64,000 nucleotides of DNA from a virus: IMG/VR virus record IMGVR_UViG_3300013126_000011, one strand, 5' to 3'. Positions 20,301 through 29,345 of the stretch are shown here, one piece after another (positions within the stretch are counted from its first letter, which is position 1; each line of letters starts with the position of its first letter). The position numbers and the translations under genes were made by a program. Below the pieces are notes generated by a model. The model was given only the letters and a program-made list of their open reading frames with translations. It was not told the DNA's origin and searched no databases.

Positions 20301-22357
20301 GGTGGAAGATGGGTGACGGCTCTGGCTCTGGTCATGATGATGGGTACAATGGTTTAATTTATGATATGATTTCTGGAACTTTACCAGCCGAAATGACAGG
20401 CTCGACTATTGTTAACGCTTGTCCTGGTGGTGATTTTGGCTTTTTGTCGACAGAGCCAAACTTTAGAGTACCATTCGAATCAATGTTCTCGTTGAAAGAT
20501 TATGTACCGGCTTCATCTTCTGTTGCTGGCGTTGACAATAGCATGTATTTTGTTGCGCCAGAGTGGTATACTGGAAGCTCTGCAACAACTCGCTATCCAT
20601 ATTTTCTTTGGGATTCTGAGAAATCGAGTAATCTGTTTGAGATGGCTGCTCACAACTTCTTTGGAGAAGTCCCAAGATTTACATTGAAGAATGAAGGTCT
20701 TGCTTCGTATGTGTCAGCACCATCAAGCTTGTATAAGCCGATGGTTTCTGGAAGCACGTATTATATGGACGTGACCTTATATCAAACTGCTGATCATGAT
20801 ATGGTGTTCAGTACACATCACGGTCCTAGTGATAATTTGAGTTATGATGGTAGATATTTTGGACCCGCAATGCAAATGGTATCAGTTCCAGAGTTATATA
20901 CCGGCTCTGATAATCTCTATTCAATGTCAGCCGATCCGACATATGCAGCATATGCTCCACCTTATCTATATGGCAAGGCTGTTGCCCGTTTGTCATTTAC
21001 GCCAACACAGTCAAGACAATATTCACTTGATGAGATTCAAGCTGGAATGACTGTTGAATATATCAATGAAGGTCTTGTTGATATGGCTTCTGCTTCAATT
21101 GGTGAAGACATTCTAACAAACGGAAGTCCACTGTGGTCTTCTTCAATGCCGCTGGAATCATCTATTGAAATCAGAGGCAAGGCGAAAATTTCTGAGACAG
21201 AACATACTCTTGTTAGTGATGGCGTTTATGTGCCAACATCGATCAAAAACATCAATGATGCTGGATATTCTGCTTGGGCAATTTATCCAAAGTTTGAATG
21301 TCCTGTTTTGAACTTTGCGGATCTTCGTACAGCTTCTTTGGATACTGATTATGGTCCGTACGGAATGTGGTTGAATCATGGACGTTCATTGGAGCGTAAT
21401 GAAGGAATTTGGATTTCTCTTGAGGAAAGCTACAAGAAAAAGGGTGGTAGAGATATTGCTTCAAATACTGGTTCTTTGCTTGATGTTTGTGGCTTTATTC
21501 CGAGTACTCGCAAGATTGGTGAAGTAGCAGATAACAAGACGATTCACGAAGCTGTTGTGGCCATTCCGTTTGTCGACAATCCAACAAGAAGTGGCGCAAA
21601 GACAGTCAGCGTTGCCGGATATAATATGTTTGCAATCGATAAGACGATGTATTCTCTTCAGACCGCTTTCAAGACTGCTGGCAAACCAGCAGTACCAAAG
21701 GGTTCTTATGGAGCAGTAGAAGATATTCAGAATACAACGATTACAGATATGCACGATAAGATGAAGAAGTATTATCTACCACCAGCATTAGACTTTTCAA
21801 CCTATCCAGACATTAATCCATTTGCGATGTATATCTTTGAATTTACGAGCAATTTAAATCAAGGTGACATTGAGAATATTTGGCAGGGCTTGATGCCTTC
21901 GATTGCAATGAAGGTCGAAGGAGAAGATATCACAATCTCTCACAGCTTGAGCAAAGTTGAATTCTTTGGTGGAGAAAAACTGCCAGAAGGAGTGCGATGG
22001 TTATTGTTCCGAGTTAAACAAAGAGCAGAAAAGAGCTACTATAATCTTACTGCTGACTCTAAGGATGATGCAAGATTCCAGTTTGACTTCAAGGTAGGCA
22101 AGAAGGCACCAGAATACAATTACAACTGGCCATATGACTTCTTCTCGTTGGTAGAATCGGTTAAATTAGATGCCAGCTTGGATATTGTTCCAAGGGTCAA
22201 TCTAAATGTTGCTGCACCAGAAGTAATTGGTGATGTATCGAATATTGAAGCAAGACTTGGAGATGTTGCAATGAATGTATCGAAAGAAACAAAGCAACAG
22301 CTAAATATTGGTGGTAACATTGCAAACGTATTGCAAAAACAAGGAAGCAAATTATGA
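14387..22357 (+). CDS. giant baseplate/tail protein with LamG/concanavalin-like domains, 2656 aa
   Basis: Two LamG-like domains (TIEFWM...WQHYAF...GSLDEFRFWKTAR and AVHLDGVNDWI...WHHVAL...FNGYVDDLAYY); FKSKGTEEAIR resembles the tail protein I/gp7-type motif. Confidence 0.75.
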   Translation: MSNLKKYFENKTSRTLTVESVNSIAIDSELNKDERIIPSVDFSDYANFVHYGSAELYGTRAVSWIYDSYPYDGSRKEKETWYQSGSAYDNYVFDSEYPKTTGYVNFDGTQCVTIFGGPSVDNVYQSGTREANLVYDFDKGVTIEFWMDEVAGRTGSVVVFDSSNSGTAVYGTPDYFRVLALLSGTETDPEWLIYVLYNDSLDTFYWQLSDVSQAWQHYAFTFKSEAGMLVPYFYHNGQLDESASGIDYGVTPSSPIPSISNGLAASVGAMLEADAWEYFGFGTGGLGQLGLVGSLDEFRFWKTARTFEKIAQNWFTSVYGGTNTQDDNLDLGVYFKFNEGITGTSSIDSVVLDYAGRASNGTFVNYNTSCRSTGSAMTDEIPDPIMYANHPDVLALYESKQQSGIVYDTQNTNSFYKLFPGYLLEEDEEAGNNFKYITQIISSYLDELHMFINELPKVGNVNHLYDTGGKPLPFAKHLLESHGLTVGELFADAELLESIGNRNDSIIFEQSVKDIKNTIYHRLYDNLTNIFKSKGTEEAIRHALRCFGVDDELYRLVVNADNQTVRFDESKDYQTVTRKKVIDFYNVDRFEGTVIQTASNADETNYVAGYELNKRGGFTVEVDVIAPEKQSQESEFWISTDFLTSSICGYRDASNTGSYEWNNNSASFDVLIYRDDSNSSSGRFCLTGTFGSLESDTINDLYDGRNWHLYVRANTELHKETDSRYIEFGGYKYEIDQLADSFALSVSYPAGDVSGLIAQPKRYYVGSLHSDFLSASLIYRTDVRVADFKVWQACLEDNEIISHAKDINSFGRDYGSDYDSLLYLDGIKIKNSAMLALHWDFELVTGSNNVGELEVLDISSGSADFYANNTYGFLSESLCLKHPGLCMYMPADSSDVVDVEYIQIAKSEIPGSVGTSGMVGVFDENSESIPASFRPVQHSFSLEKSMWRTISEEILKTFSAIVEFNNLIGMPLDKYKPSYDRLRTVREKYFANVTDRSTIERFTSFYKWLDGAVVAVISNLVPAGASFSVKIGDVIESHVLERNKVQYQLPVYHSAKQRENLATIDMSDVQGDQQYSIEGTITMPTMTGLPRADERKYACVQTTGRKENNLWLRDHPEDFGQNYIESPYVEGLVDYAVPVRDRVETIFVNKFASPGGADTMGVGACDPESEEYSVYNSLNYRNLSVRMPLDTLMSKHSAQFGYDSQYGAPSASYCKANRNTRYVAIDDNTLEPRYDNEFVGHSIPMNDKQYAWITASVETASVGYAPEDGMDNIDGEYVPFFEFGTASTLQDALHYDRFGYPTWKQLRSGDHLEARLQKKNNQIVIEPSDNNTASYHEPAVSWNYPLRQRLVDNETGDPAHIVYPFSNQRQRFAQPALQDQLLGDYRQDNRTLYDSYSKMYLNDSKEAEFVSLHYEEQIFPRAVNVGSTTQRDKPDYQEVVGTGSNGYDRGVLERRKIWATNKSDRGRSFPAGHNAFDKEDFRNSVWPLDLNDDESEAGSVGKGGELNNTWQDAAGYRYTSFTGQDNDAKMATASCLYAHNVRINNDSYEVGMPNWTCGSEAGNAPWYNDYNEFAADLRPMSQRYGFIPEYRVSEYMDFFVDDNGGNFRATQRTLPIKLDGVEHSASSDSVLFAEHTFTDDFEYFNELMKDHEQHKENARLSLKCSGLKKLLPYNGFYPQHRTVQLANLFSSSFAEHIEGLSGAGTGTESIDQQDQWKLQSMLQPWFSPGIVYNTIKSGIAVDWPTYLGVGGFNGSAGEAAGGKAVHLDGVNDWIIIPDDGGLNAGVSDWLGISFWFKVPPATVRHSDTKVLLSRFDISDVTKRIFEIAYEVSSNISTGADPLYAVFYDGLGHSDSLFGYFDAYDGAWHHVALIYKAAVGASLWLDGVQADTLTTNLNSTLPSGSVDMVVGNFLSASTVQILNPELCFNGYVDDLAYYTGSVRLQQADVTQIYNAGRCSLFDLTTVEPAPVYWWKMGDGSGSGHDDGYNGLIYDMISGTLPAEMTGSTIVNACPGGDFGFLSTEPNFRVPFESMFSLKDYVPASSSVAGVDNSMYFVAPEWYTGSSATTRYPYFLWDSEKSSNLFEMAAHNFFGEVPRFTLKNEGLASYVSAPSSLYKPMVSGSTYYMDVTLYQTADHDMVFSTHHGPSDNLSYDGRYFGPAMQMVSVPELYTGSDNLYSMSADPTYAAYAPPYLYGKAVARLSFTPTQSRQYSLDEIQAGMTVEYINEGLVDMASASIGEDILTNGSPLWSSSMPLESSIEIRGKAKISETEHTLVSDGVYVPTSIKNINDAGYSAWAIYPKFECPVLNFADLRTASLDTDYGPYGMWLNHGRSLERNEGIWISLEESYKKKGGRDIASNTGSLLDVCGFIPSTRKIGEVADNKTIHEAVVAIPFVDNPTRSGAKTVSVAGYNMFAIDKTMYSLQTAFKTAGKPAVPKGSYGAVEDIQNTTITDMHDKMKKYYLPPALDFSTYPDINPFAMYIFEFTSNLNQGDIENIWQGLMPSIAMKVEGEDITISHSLSKVEFFGGEKLPEGVRWLLFRVKQRAEKSYYNLTADSKDDARFQFDFKVGKKAPEYNYNWPYDFFSLVESVKLDASLDIVPRVNLNVAAPEVIGDVSNIEARLGDVAMNVSKETKQQLNIGGNIANVLQKQGSKL

Positions 22358-22716
22358 AAAAGTTGGTAATGATTCTTGCGACAGTGATGTTGGTTTTATC
22401 AATGGTTGGTTGTCCGACTTACGTTATTCGTGATGAACGAGCGGTGAGAGTAGATTACATGATGCTAGATCGAGTTGCTAAAGAAAGCGCCAAGACTATT
22501 CAAGCGACTATGCAAGATTACTGTGCGTGTCAAAATGGCCATTGGGCAACTGTAAGCTGTGAGAATTCTGCAAAAACTTATCTGTTCTTGACAACTAGAT
22601 TAAATTGGCACTTGAGCATGATGTTATACAATAGCGGACTAACTGAAACTAGACCCGGAGAAGTACCAGAAATTCCAATGCCTGATACACTTTGCAATGG
22701 AGGTCTTTCGCAATGA
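22354..22716 (+). CDS. lipoprotein
   Basis: MKK plus hydrophobic stretch plus lipobox MVG-C; four further Cys residues. Confidence 0.75.
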   Translation: MKKLVMILATVMLVLSMVGCPTYVIRDERAVRVDYMMLDRVAKESAKTIQATMQDYCACQNGHWATVSCENSAKTYLFLTTRLNWHLSMMLYNSGLTETRPGEVPEIPMPDTLCNGGLSQ

Positions 22717-23090
22717 ATGAGCAACTAAAGAAAATCATTGAGTTAATCGGTACTGCTGGACTCAAGGAAGCAATCAAAGAGCTTCAAGAACTTTCTAGTA
22801 AGGCGACAGATCCAAGCAAGAAAGCAGTATTGGCAATCGTAATTAATGCTGTAGCGCTATATGGTGATAAAGGTATCGATATTGCTAAGGAAACAATTGA
22901 TAAGTTTTTTGGTGGTCAGGAAATTCCAGATACATCATTACTTTCATTAGAAGAGGCAAGCGATCTTTGGGCACAGATTCAGAATGATGAAGCAGATCAT
23001 AAAGAAGACGTAAATCGATTTGTGGCAATTACAACTTCAGTTGTCAGCAAGTTGTTTGCTGAGTTTGTAAAAGGACTGTTAGTAGTTTAA
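22713..23090 (+). CDS. hypothetical helical protein
   Basis: ATGA-coupled to the lipoprotein gene; GGAGG upstream. Confidence 0.65.
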   Translation: MNEQLKKIIELIGTAGLKEAIKELQELSSKATDPSKKAVLAIVINAVALYGDKGIDIAKETIDKFFGGQEIPDTSLLSLEEASDLWAQIQNDEADHKEDVNRFVAITTSVVSKLFAEFVKGLLVV

Positions 23091-23896
23091 TGGAATTATT
23101 CGATAAGAAATCAGAAGTAATAGATATCAAGCTTACGAAGTTCGGTAAGGAGCTTTTTGCTCAAGGCAAATTCAAGCCAGCCTATTACTTCTTTTCTGAT
23201 GATGATATTCTTTATGATTCTGGTTTTGTCAGCGGTTCAACTAGTTCAGAAGAGCAGAACGAGATCGTTCCTCGAATCGAAGAACAACCTCACGTCAAAT
23301 CCGTTCCTATGCGAACAGAAATGCCCTTTTTAAGCGTTTCGGACTCAACTAGCAACTACGCCCCATCTTGGAAGCTAAATGTACTACAGGGCAAAATAGA
23401 AGCTATAAAACGTGGTACGCAAGACACCAATAAAAATTTTGTGGATTCTGTCCTCAATACCAGAATTGATATGGAAGATGCGATAACGATTATTGCTTCT
23501 GATGGAACGATTAATCCAGCTGGTTACGTGTTCGAGTTCGAAGAAAAGAATGTTCCAAGCAGAACGGATATGTTTGACATTGAAGTATCGATGTTCGTTG
23601 AAAGTCCCAATCTATCTAATTCAAAATTCAAAGAAGGACAGTTTGTTCCGTTAAATTTTGCAAATATGGCACGTTCTGAAGTGATTGATGACATTTTGGT
23701 AGAATATCCTTTAAGGCATGTAGAATATTCCGATGATAATGTTGAGAGATTTTTAGATATAGCGATTGATCGAAAGGCTGAAGAATACAAGCCAATGGCT
23801 GTTACGCTAGCCGACAATCAAAAGTTGAAAATCGAATTAGCTGGTAAGATATATACTTCTCAGATAACCAACAAAGACATTGAGGAAAAGTGCTAA
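23090..23896 (+). CDS. tail/baseplate protein (N-terminus related to 28415..29326)
   Basis: VIDIKLTKFGKELFAQGKF...FSDDDILYD versus ILDAVLTDAGRKLLAKGD...FDDEIDY. Confidence 0.6.
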   Translation: MELFDKKSEVIDIKLTKFGKELFAQGKFKPAYYFFSDDDILYDSGFVSGSTSSEEQNEIVPRIEEQPHVKSVPMRTEMPFLSVSDSTSNYAPSWKLNVLQGKIEAIKRGTQDTNKNFVDSVLNTRIDMEDAITIIASDGTINPAGYVFEFEEKNVPSRTDMFDIEVSMFVESPNLSNSKFKEGQFVPLNFANMARSEVIDDILVEYPLRHVEYSDDNVERFLDIAIDRKAEEYKPMAVTLADNQKLKIELAGKIYTSQITNKDIEEKC

Positions 23897-23899
23897 CAC

Positions 23900-25990
23900 A
23901 TGCTGCCAACAATTGAAATTCGCGACATTAAACTGGAAAAGTCAAGGATAACAGTCGGTACGTTGATTTCTGAGACTATCAATGAACAGTCTTTATCTGG
24001 TCAGTGGTTAGGATCGAAGTACATTAACTACGTGACATTGAAGTTGGAGCAATATATCAATAACGCCTTCAATGGCAAGCTTGAATATAATCTCGGTTTA
24101 TTGACTGATTCTGATGTTGTTGAGACAATATTGACCGGTAATGGCCAAGAGTCAAAGAAATATTATGTTCAGCATGTGTTTTATCCAGAAGCAAACGTAT
24201 ATCCAATCAAGAATCTCAATTACAAATACTCAACAGCAATTGATTTAGAGTTGTTGATTCAAGACACTGGAATCAGTGCGAAAGTAAATCCGGCGCAACA
24301 GAAGAAGTTTACTAGTGGCGTCACTTCTGTCGATATCATGAAAGATTCAGAATACGTAGCCGGAATCAATATTCAAGATTTCGATAGTACGGCAACTTTA
24401 GTAGAAGAGAGAATGTTGGATTATACGTTATTCAATAACATGACGTATCATCCAAAAGATGTATTGACAGCATACAATTCAAATAATGTTGGAGGTTTCT
24501 TTTCTCCATTGCTAATGTCTGTCTCTGAGGATCGTGATGTACGAGCTATGTTCTTTGTGGATCTAAGAAATATATTGCTTGAACGTTCAAATTATAAGAG
24601 TTTGCTGGTTTCTTCTGATACGATTTTACAGAAAGTGCTCGATAGAAGCAAGATCGTTAGTATTCGAATTATGAGGTATCGTGATGGATTTGAAGAGCTT
24701 GACTCTCCAGTCTTAGTAATTGTTAGCAATGAAAATGGGTCTGTGACTGCTTCCGCTAGTTTGAAGAAAAATCAAGTTGCAACGACTTCATATCACGCTG
24801 GTTTGAGAGCGTTTGAATTTGTGGACAGTACAGTGCTTCAGAACACTTTTGGCAGTTATCGTTATGCTGTCGAGCTTCAAGTTGAAGATGGAGCCGTTGC
24901 CTTGTTGCAAGAGCAGAAAACAAAGCTCGAAAGTCACGTACAAGCTCTTCGAGATTATTCAGCAAAGTCACTTTCAGATACAAACTATATTGATTTTAAT
25001 GGATATTTTACGGCAGCATTTAACGATCAATATGTCGGAAGAACACAGCCTTGGATTTCAGCGATCCTAGATTATCTGGAAACCCTAAAATTTGTCACGA
25101 CAATCTCTACTGAAGAGTCAAACAAGCTAGCTGTTGCTTTGAATTTATTGGCTTCTTCGAATACTGGCAGTTTGGCAGGAGTCGAATATCTGATCGATTG
25201 GATTGTGTCGTTGATCCAAATGTTGCAGGATTTGAGTCTGTATCAACGAATTGACTTGACTTTTAATTTCTTGCGAGAACTAATTGATCCAGATAAGGTC
25301 GGCATGCCATCTGCTGTGTATCTTGAAGAATCACCTTCTGATGGTTTGTTGAACGCTAGCAGCAGAACGGTAATTACCTCGCTAGCACTAAATCAAAGAC
25401 AAGCCTCTTTAGAGCCAAAAGAAATTCAAGTAAACACAAGTAGTGTTACAAAAAGAACTACAAGTTTTGCAGAAGTTGAAGGCTCGGCGGAAATTAACAA
25501 GACCTTCGACTCTAGAAGTGCAGCGATGAACGTTTCGGAGTTGTCTTTGGAATTTACTTTGCAAGAGCTTGGATATGAAACGCTAGAAGAGTGGGCTGGT
25601 GCAATTGGTCTAGGATTCGTAGAACTTGAAGCTGGAACAACACAAATTACAGAAAAAGCAGCATACACTGATAATCAATTACAGAAGTCAAATACTGCTA
25701 GTAAGATTGCAGAACCATTTGTAAATTCGTTTGTTTCGAAGTTGCTAAAACTTCCAACAAGCTATCAACAGTTTCTTGAACGATTTGGATTGGAGAAGCA
25801 ACTTCAATTGTTGTCTGGTTTCAAGTTGAGCAATAATCGTACAGAACCAAGAGAAATGATTTGGGAAATATATACACCAGATTTATATGAACGACTCAAA
25901 GCAAAGAACGGTATGATTCTTTGTCGGTTATTGTCGATGAGAAATCCCGAGAGTGTGACCATTTATAATCGCTACTTCTTGATGAAATAA
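23900..25990 (+). CDS. putative virion structural protein
   Basis: Long ORF in the tail block; beta-rich FEFVDS...YRYAVELQV segment. Confidence 0.5.
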   Translation: MLPTIEIRDIKLEKSRITVGTLISETINEQSLSGQWLGSKYINYVTLKLEQYINNAFNGKLEYNLGLLTDSDVVETILTGNGQESKKYYVQHVFYPEANVYPIKNLNYKYSTAIDLELLIQDTGISAKVNPAQQKKFTSGVTSVDIMKDSEYVAGINIQDFDSTATLVEERMLDYTLFNNMTYHPKDVLTAYNSNNVGGFFSPLLMSVSEDRDVRAMFFVDLRNILLERSNYKSLLVSSDTILQKVLDRSKIVSIRIMRYRDGFEELDSPVLVIVSNENGSVTASASLKKNQVATTSYHAGLRAFEFVDSTVLQNTFGSYRYAVELQVEDGAVALLQEQKTKLESHVQALRDYSAKSLSDTNYIDFNGYFTAAFNDQYVGRTQPWISAILDYLETLKFVTTISTEESNKLAVALNLLASSNTGSLAGVEYLIDWIVSLIQMLQDLSLYQRIDLTFNFLRELIDPDKVGMPSAVYLEESPSDGLLNASSRTVITSLALNQRQASLEPKEIQVNTSSVTKRTTSFAEVEGSAEINKTFDSRSAAMNVSELSLEFTLQELGYETLEEWAGAIGLGFVELEAGTTQITEKAAYTDNQLQKSNTASKIAEPFVNSFVSKLLKLPTSYQQFLERFGLEKQLQLLSGFKLSNNRTEPREMIWEIYTPDLYERLKAKNGMILCRLLSMRNPESVTIYNRYFLMK

Positions 25991-26003
25991 GGGCTGACAA
26001 ACA

Positions 26004-28412
26004 ATGGCAGTGAATGTTACAAATCCAACACAATTCTCGGGACAATCAAATACAGCACCAGCCAACAGTGTTGTTCAGTCGGCAGCGCAACAAAATGTCA
26101 GCGGATTCTCGGAGACCGTTCAGCAGCTAGAAACCACAGAGTTACTTTCCAGTACGTTTGCTCTAAATGTTCAGAATGTGACAGATTTCCGAAAGCGACT
26201 TGGAAGATATAAGAGTTTTATCAAGAAAGGCGTATATGGTGTAGTACCAGAAAACATCATAGAAGAAAAGAAGAAATTTTTTGCTTCTGGTATTGATGAC
26301 GTTTTCCGAATGCAATTGGGAGCTTTCGTTACTGTTGTTGATGGAAAGCCTGTACATTACAATACCGTTACGCCATATGATGTATTTGAGAAGGTAGAGT
26401 TTATTCAAGGTGTTGATGGTCCGTTGATTCGAGTTGTTGCTAACAAGAAGTCAGTCTGGTTTTTAGAAAACGGAAAATTCAACGATAAAAAGTTTAGTGA
26501 TTTCGTCAAGAACAATACTTTTGAATCATTTAAGGATTTTTATTCTTCGTTTGCTGAGATGCTAGCACCAAATGATCGAAGTGAAGGATGGCAGACATAT
26601 CCAGAAGCTTCGGCAGAATCGGTATACAACTATTTCGACAAAGGATATGAGCTTGGTCGAAAAAACGAATATGTAGAACGAGCTTTGCCAAATGTTAACG
26701 TTCTTGCAGCCGAATTACAGAACGGCAAAGAAACTGGCACCAGTCTTGACTTTTTGGTAACGCTGGTCGAAGATGCTCACATTGATGAACGAAGAATTTG
26801 TCTAGAACAAGTCAGAAACGGAACATATTTCTCAAACTTTTCAAAGCGTTATGACAATGCAGTTGGCAGCAAGTTCGTCGACAAGGTGCAGAAGAAACAG
26901 AGAACGTTTGTGTTTTCCGGAGAAGATCAAAATCAACTCAAGTCTTTGGATTCTTTGAAGAATTCAATTCCAATGTATATTGCAATCGATTTGGACACGA
27001 ACGTTTCGACGTTCTCGAAGATTCTAGAAGATACGAAGTTTGACGATCAGTTGTTAGCTCAGTTGATTTCGGATACGTATTGGAAAAAAGATCAGTATTA
27101 TGTTTACGATACAAGCGATCCAAAGAACGCTGCATTTCAAGATACAAGAGTATTCGATCTGAAAGCTTGGTATGACGCCTATGATCAAGATCAAGAGATT
27201 CCAAAGATCACTATTCCCACTAACGAGCTAGTGTATTATGGTGAATATCTCAAACGTTACGCGGAATCATTATCTAAGAAAGATTCGTTAGAACGAGCTA
27301 TTAACTGGCTTGTGTTCTCTGAGAAGTATCAGCAGCTAGTTTTAGAAAATTCCAGAACATATCAACAGATGCTTGAGAACAGCAAGAAGCCATATACAGA
27401 AACAGTTGCTTATCGTATTGACAAGAAGAACAATGTGACTGGAGAAACGTTACAGAGCTTTTATTTCATGAATACTTCGAAGCAAGAAGTATTGCGATAC
27501 ATCGACAGCCAAGTCAAATATGGAATTCCGTATCGTTATGATATTATCGCTCTTCAGTTGGTTATCGGAGAAAAATACAATTATGGTGCTCCAAAGCCCG
27601 GCTATGGTAAAGATGATATGGTTGTGCCGTACAATTGCGAAACTATTGTACAGATTGTTGAAGTTTCAATTTATGCTGATGTCGCACAAGTACTCGACAA
27701 GCCTTCGGTTGGTCCAACGGTAAGGTTTTTGCCGCAAATCGGTATCGATAATCGTGTCAAAATTTTTGTAAATAGCTCTTTTGATCAAGTACGTTTAGAA
27801 CCAGTAACCATTCTGAATACTGATGCTGCGTATTGGAGAACGGTTATTGCTTCTCAGAAGTCGAAAGACAAGAAGGTTCAGTTCGGAACCGACGATAGAC
27901 CAATTCGTTTTCAAGTGTTTCGATTGGACAAAGAGCCGGTAAAATGGACAGACTTTCAAAGTGGACTGTTTTATGAAACAGAGAACAATTCAGCAATCTT
28001 TGAAGATAATATAGAGCCAAATATAACTTATTATTATTGCATTCGAAGTATCGATAATCATAATAATATTTCGATGCCATCAAATATTTTCAAAATTAAG
28101 GTAGTTAATGACGGTGGTACGGTCTATATGATGAATGATTTGTTTGAGTTTGCAGAGAAGCGAAAGAGCAAGAAAGACAAGAGCTTTAAGAGGACTCTTT
28201 CAATTAGTCCAGCTTTCTTGCAGACTGTATTGAAGCAAGAAGACTCTGGAAAATATACCGGAACGGGAATTGATGATTTTTCGATTTGGAACAAGCCAAT
28301 TAGGGTTCGAATTACTTCGAAAAATACCGGCAGGAAGCTCGATGTGTATTGTAAGTTTACTTTGGACGATAAACTAGTTATTGGGAAAACATTGAACAAT
28401 GGAGTACAATAG
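26004..28412 (+). CDS. putative virion structural protein with FN3/Ig-like C-terminal domains
   Basis: YIDSQVKYGIPYRYDI and FEDNIEPNITYYYCIRSIDNHNNIS are FN3-like. Confidence 0.55.
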   Translation: MAVNVTNPTQFSGQSNTAPANSVVQSAAQQNVSGFSETVQQLETTELLSSTFALNVQNVTDFRKRLGRYKSFIKKGVYGVVPENIIEEKKKFFASGIDDVFRMQLGAFVTVVDGKPVHYNTVTPYDVFEKVEFIQGVDGPLIRVVANKKSVWFLENGKFNDKKFSDFVKNNTFESFKDFYSSFAEMLAPNDRSEGWQTYPEASAESVYNYFDKGYELGRKNEYVERALPNVNVLAAELQNGKETGTSLDFLVTLVEDAHIDERRICLEQVRNGTYFSNFSKRYDNAVGSKFVDKVQKKQRTFVFSGEDQNQLKSLDSLKNSIPMYIAIDLDTNVSTFSKILEDTKFDDQLLAQLISDTYWKKDQYYVYDTSDPKNAAFQDTRVFDLKAWYDAYDQDQEIPKITIPTNELVYYGEYLKRYAESLSKKDSLERAINWLVFSEKYQQLVLENSRTYQQMLENSKKPYTETVAYRIDKKNNVTGETLQSFYFMNTSKQEVLRYIDSQVKYGIPYRYDIIALQLVIGEKYNYGAPKPGYGKDDMVVPYNCETIVQIVEVSIYADVAQVLDKPSVGPTVRFLPQIGIDNRVKIFVNSSFDQVRLEPVTILNTDAAYWRTVIASQKSKDKKVQFGTDDRPIRFQVFRLDKEPVKWTDFQSGLFYETENNSAIFEDNIEPNITYYYCIRSIDNHNNISMPSNIFKIKVVNDGGTVYMMNDLFEFAEKRKSKKDKSFKRTLSISPAFLQTVLKQEDSGKYTGTGIDDFSIWNKPIRVRITSKNTGRKLDVYCKFTLDDKLVIGKTLNNGVQ

Positions 28413-28414
28413 TT

Positions 28415-29326
28415 ATGGGATTTTTAGATAATTCAGGTGACATTATTCTCGATGCCGTATTGACGGATGCTGGTCGAAAGTTGCTGGCAAAAGGAGATGG
28501 TTCTTTCCGAATCACTCAGTTTGCTTTGTTTGATGATGAAATTGATTACGGTCTGTATGATAGTTCTCATCCATCTGGAAGTGCTTATTACGACTTGGAG
28601 ATCATGAGAACGCCAATCTTTGAGGCGTTTACGAACAATGCTTCTTCTGGCAAGTCGAGGCTCATGACGATCCCTAGAACAAATTTGCTATATCTGCCAG
28701 TTATGAAGATTAATGATACAAGGCACCCGACAACGATTGACAGCAAAGACGTTTATGTTGTTGCAGTTGATACAGACACGTTTACGGCTGTACGCGATGA
28801 TCTAGGTGCTTTGAATTTGACAGCTTTGATTATGGACGGATCGAAGAATTTTGGCCAAGGTGGTGTACAAGTTGATCAAGGACTCGACACGACAGCGATA
28901 TCTCCAGTCAATCCACTAGATGCGGATTTGACAGAGACAGCTTATATTGTCGAGATGGATAATCGCTTTGGAGCAGTATTGAAGATCAGCAATACGGAAA
29001 ATCCAACGGCAGTATCATCTTATATTGACGATGACGATATGGCAAGTTATTATTTGTCAAGCAATGATCCAGATTACGTGTTCCCCAACAAGGACACAAC
29101 AGTATCGAATGGTCAGGTGATCGCCGGTCCTCGTGGAAATTCTCTGCAATTCAGAATCAAGTCTTCAGTTAATCTTCAAGAGAGCGATTATTATTTTACT
29201 CGATATGGTAAGACAATTACGATTAATGACAGCAATTATTATATCATTGAAACAAATGTTCGCGTATCTGGTGCAACTACAGGTGGAAGCGTTGTTGTTC
29301 CACTTACTTACATTAAGCAAGTATAA
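28415..29326 (+). CDS. tail/baseplate structural protein
   Basis: MGFLDNSGDIILDAVLTDAGRKLLA...FALFDDEIDYGLY, a tail-collar/fibre-attachment-like N-terminus. Confidence 0.7.
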   Translation: MGFLDNSGDIILDAVLTDAGRKLLAKGDGSFRITQFALFDDEIDYGLYDSSHPSGSAYYDLEIMRTPIFEAFTNNASSGKSRLMTIPRTNLLYLPVMKINDTRHPTTIDSKDVYVVAVDTDTFTAVRDDLGALNLTALIMDGSKNFGQGGVQVDQGLDTTAISPVNPLDADLTETAYIVEMDNRFGAVLKISNTENPTAVSSYIDDDDMASYYLSSNDPDYVFPNKDTTVSNGQVIAGPRGNSLQFRIKSSVNLQESDYYFTRYGKTITINDSNYYIIETNVRVSGATTGGSVVVPLTYIKQV

Positions 29327-29345
29327 GAAATAAGGAGAGAATATA

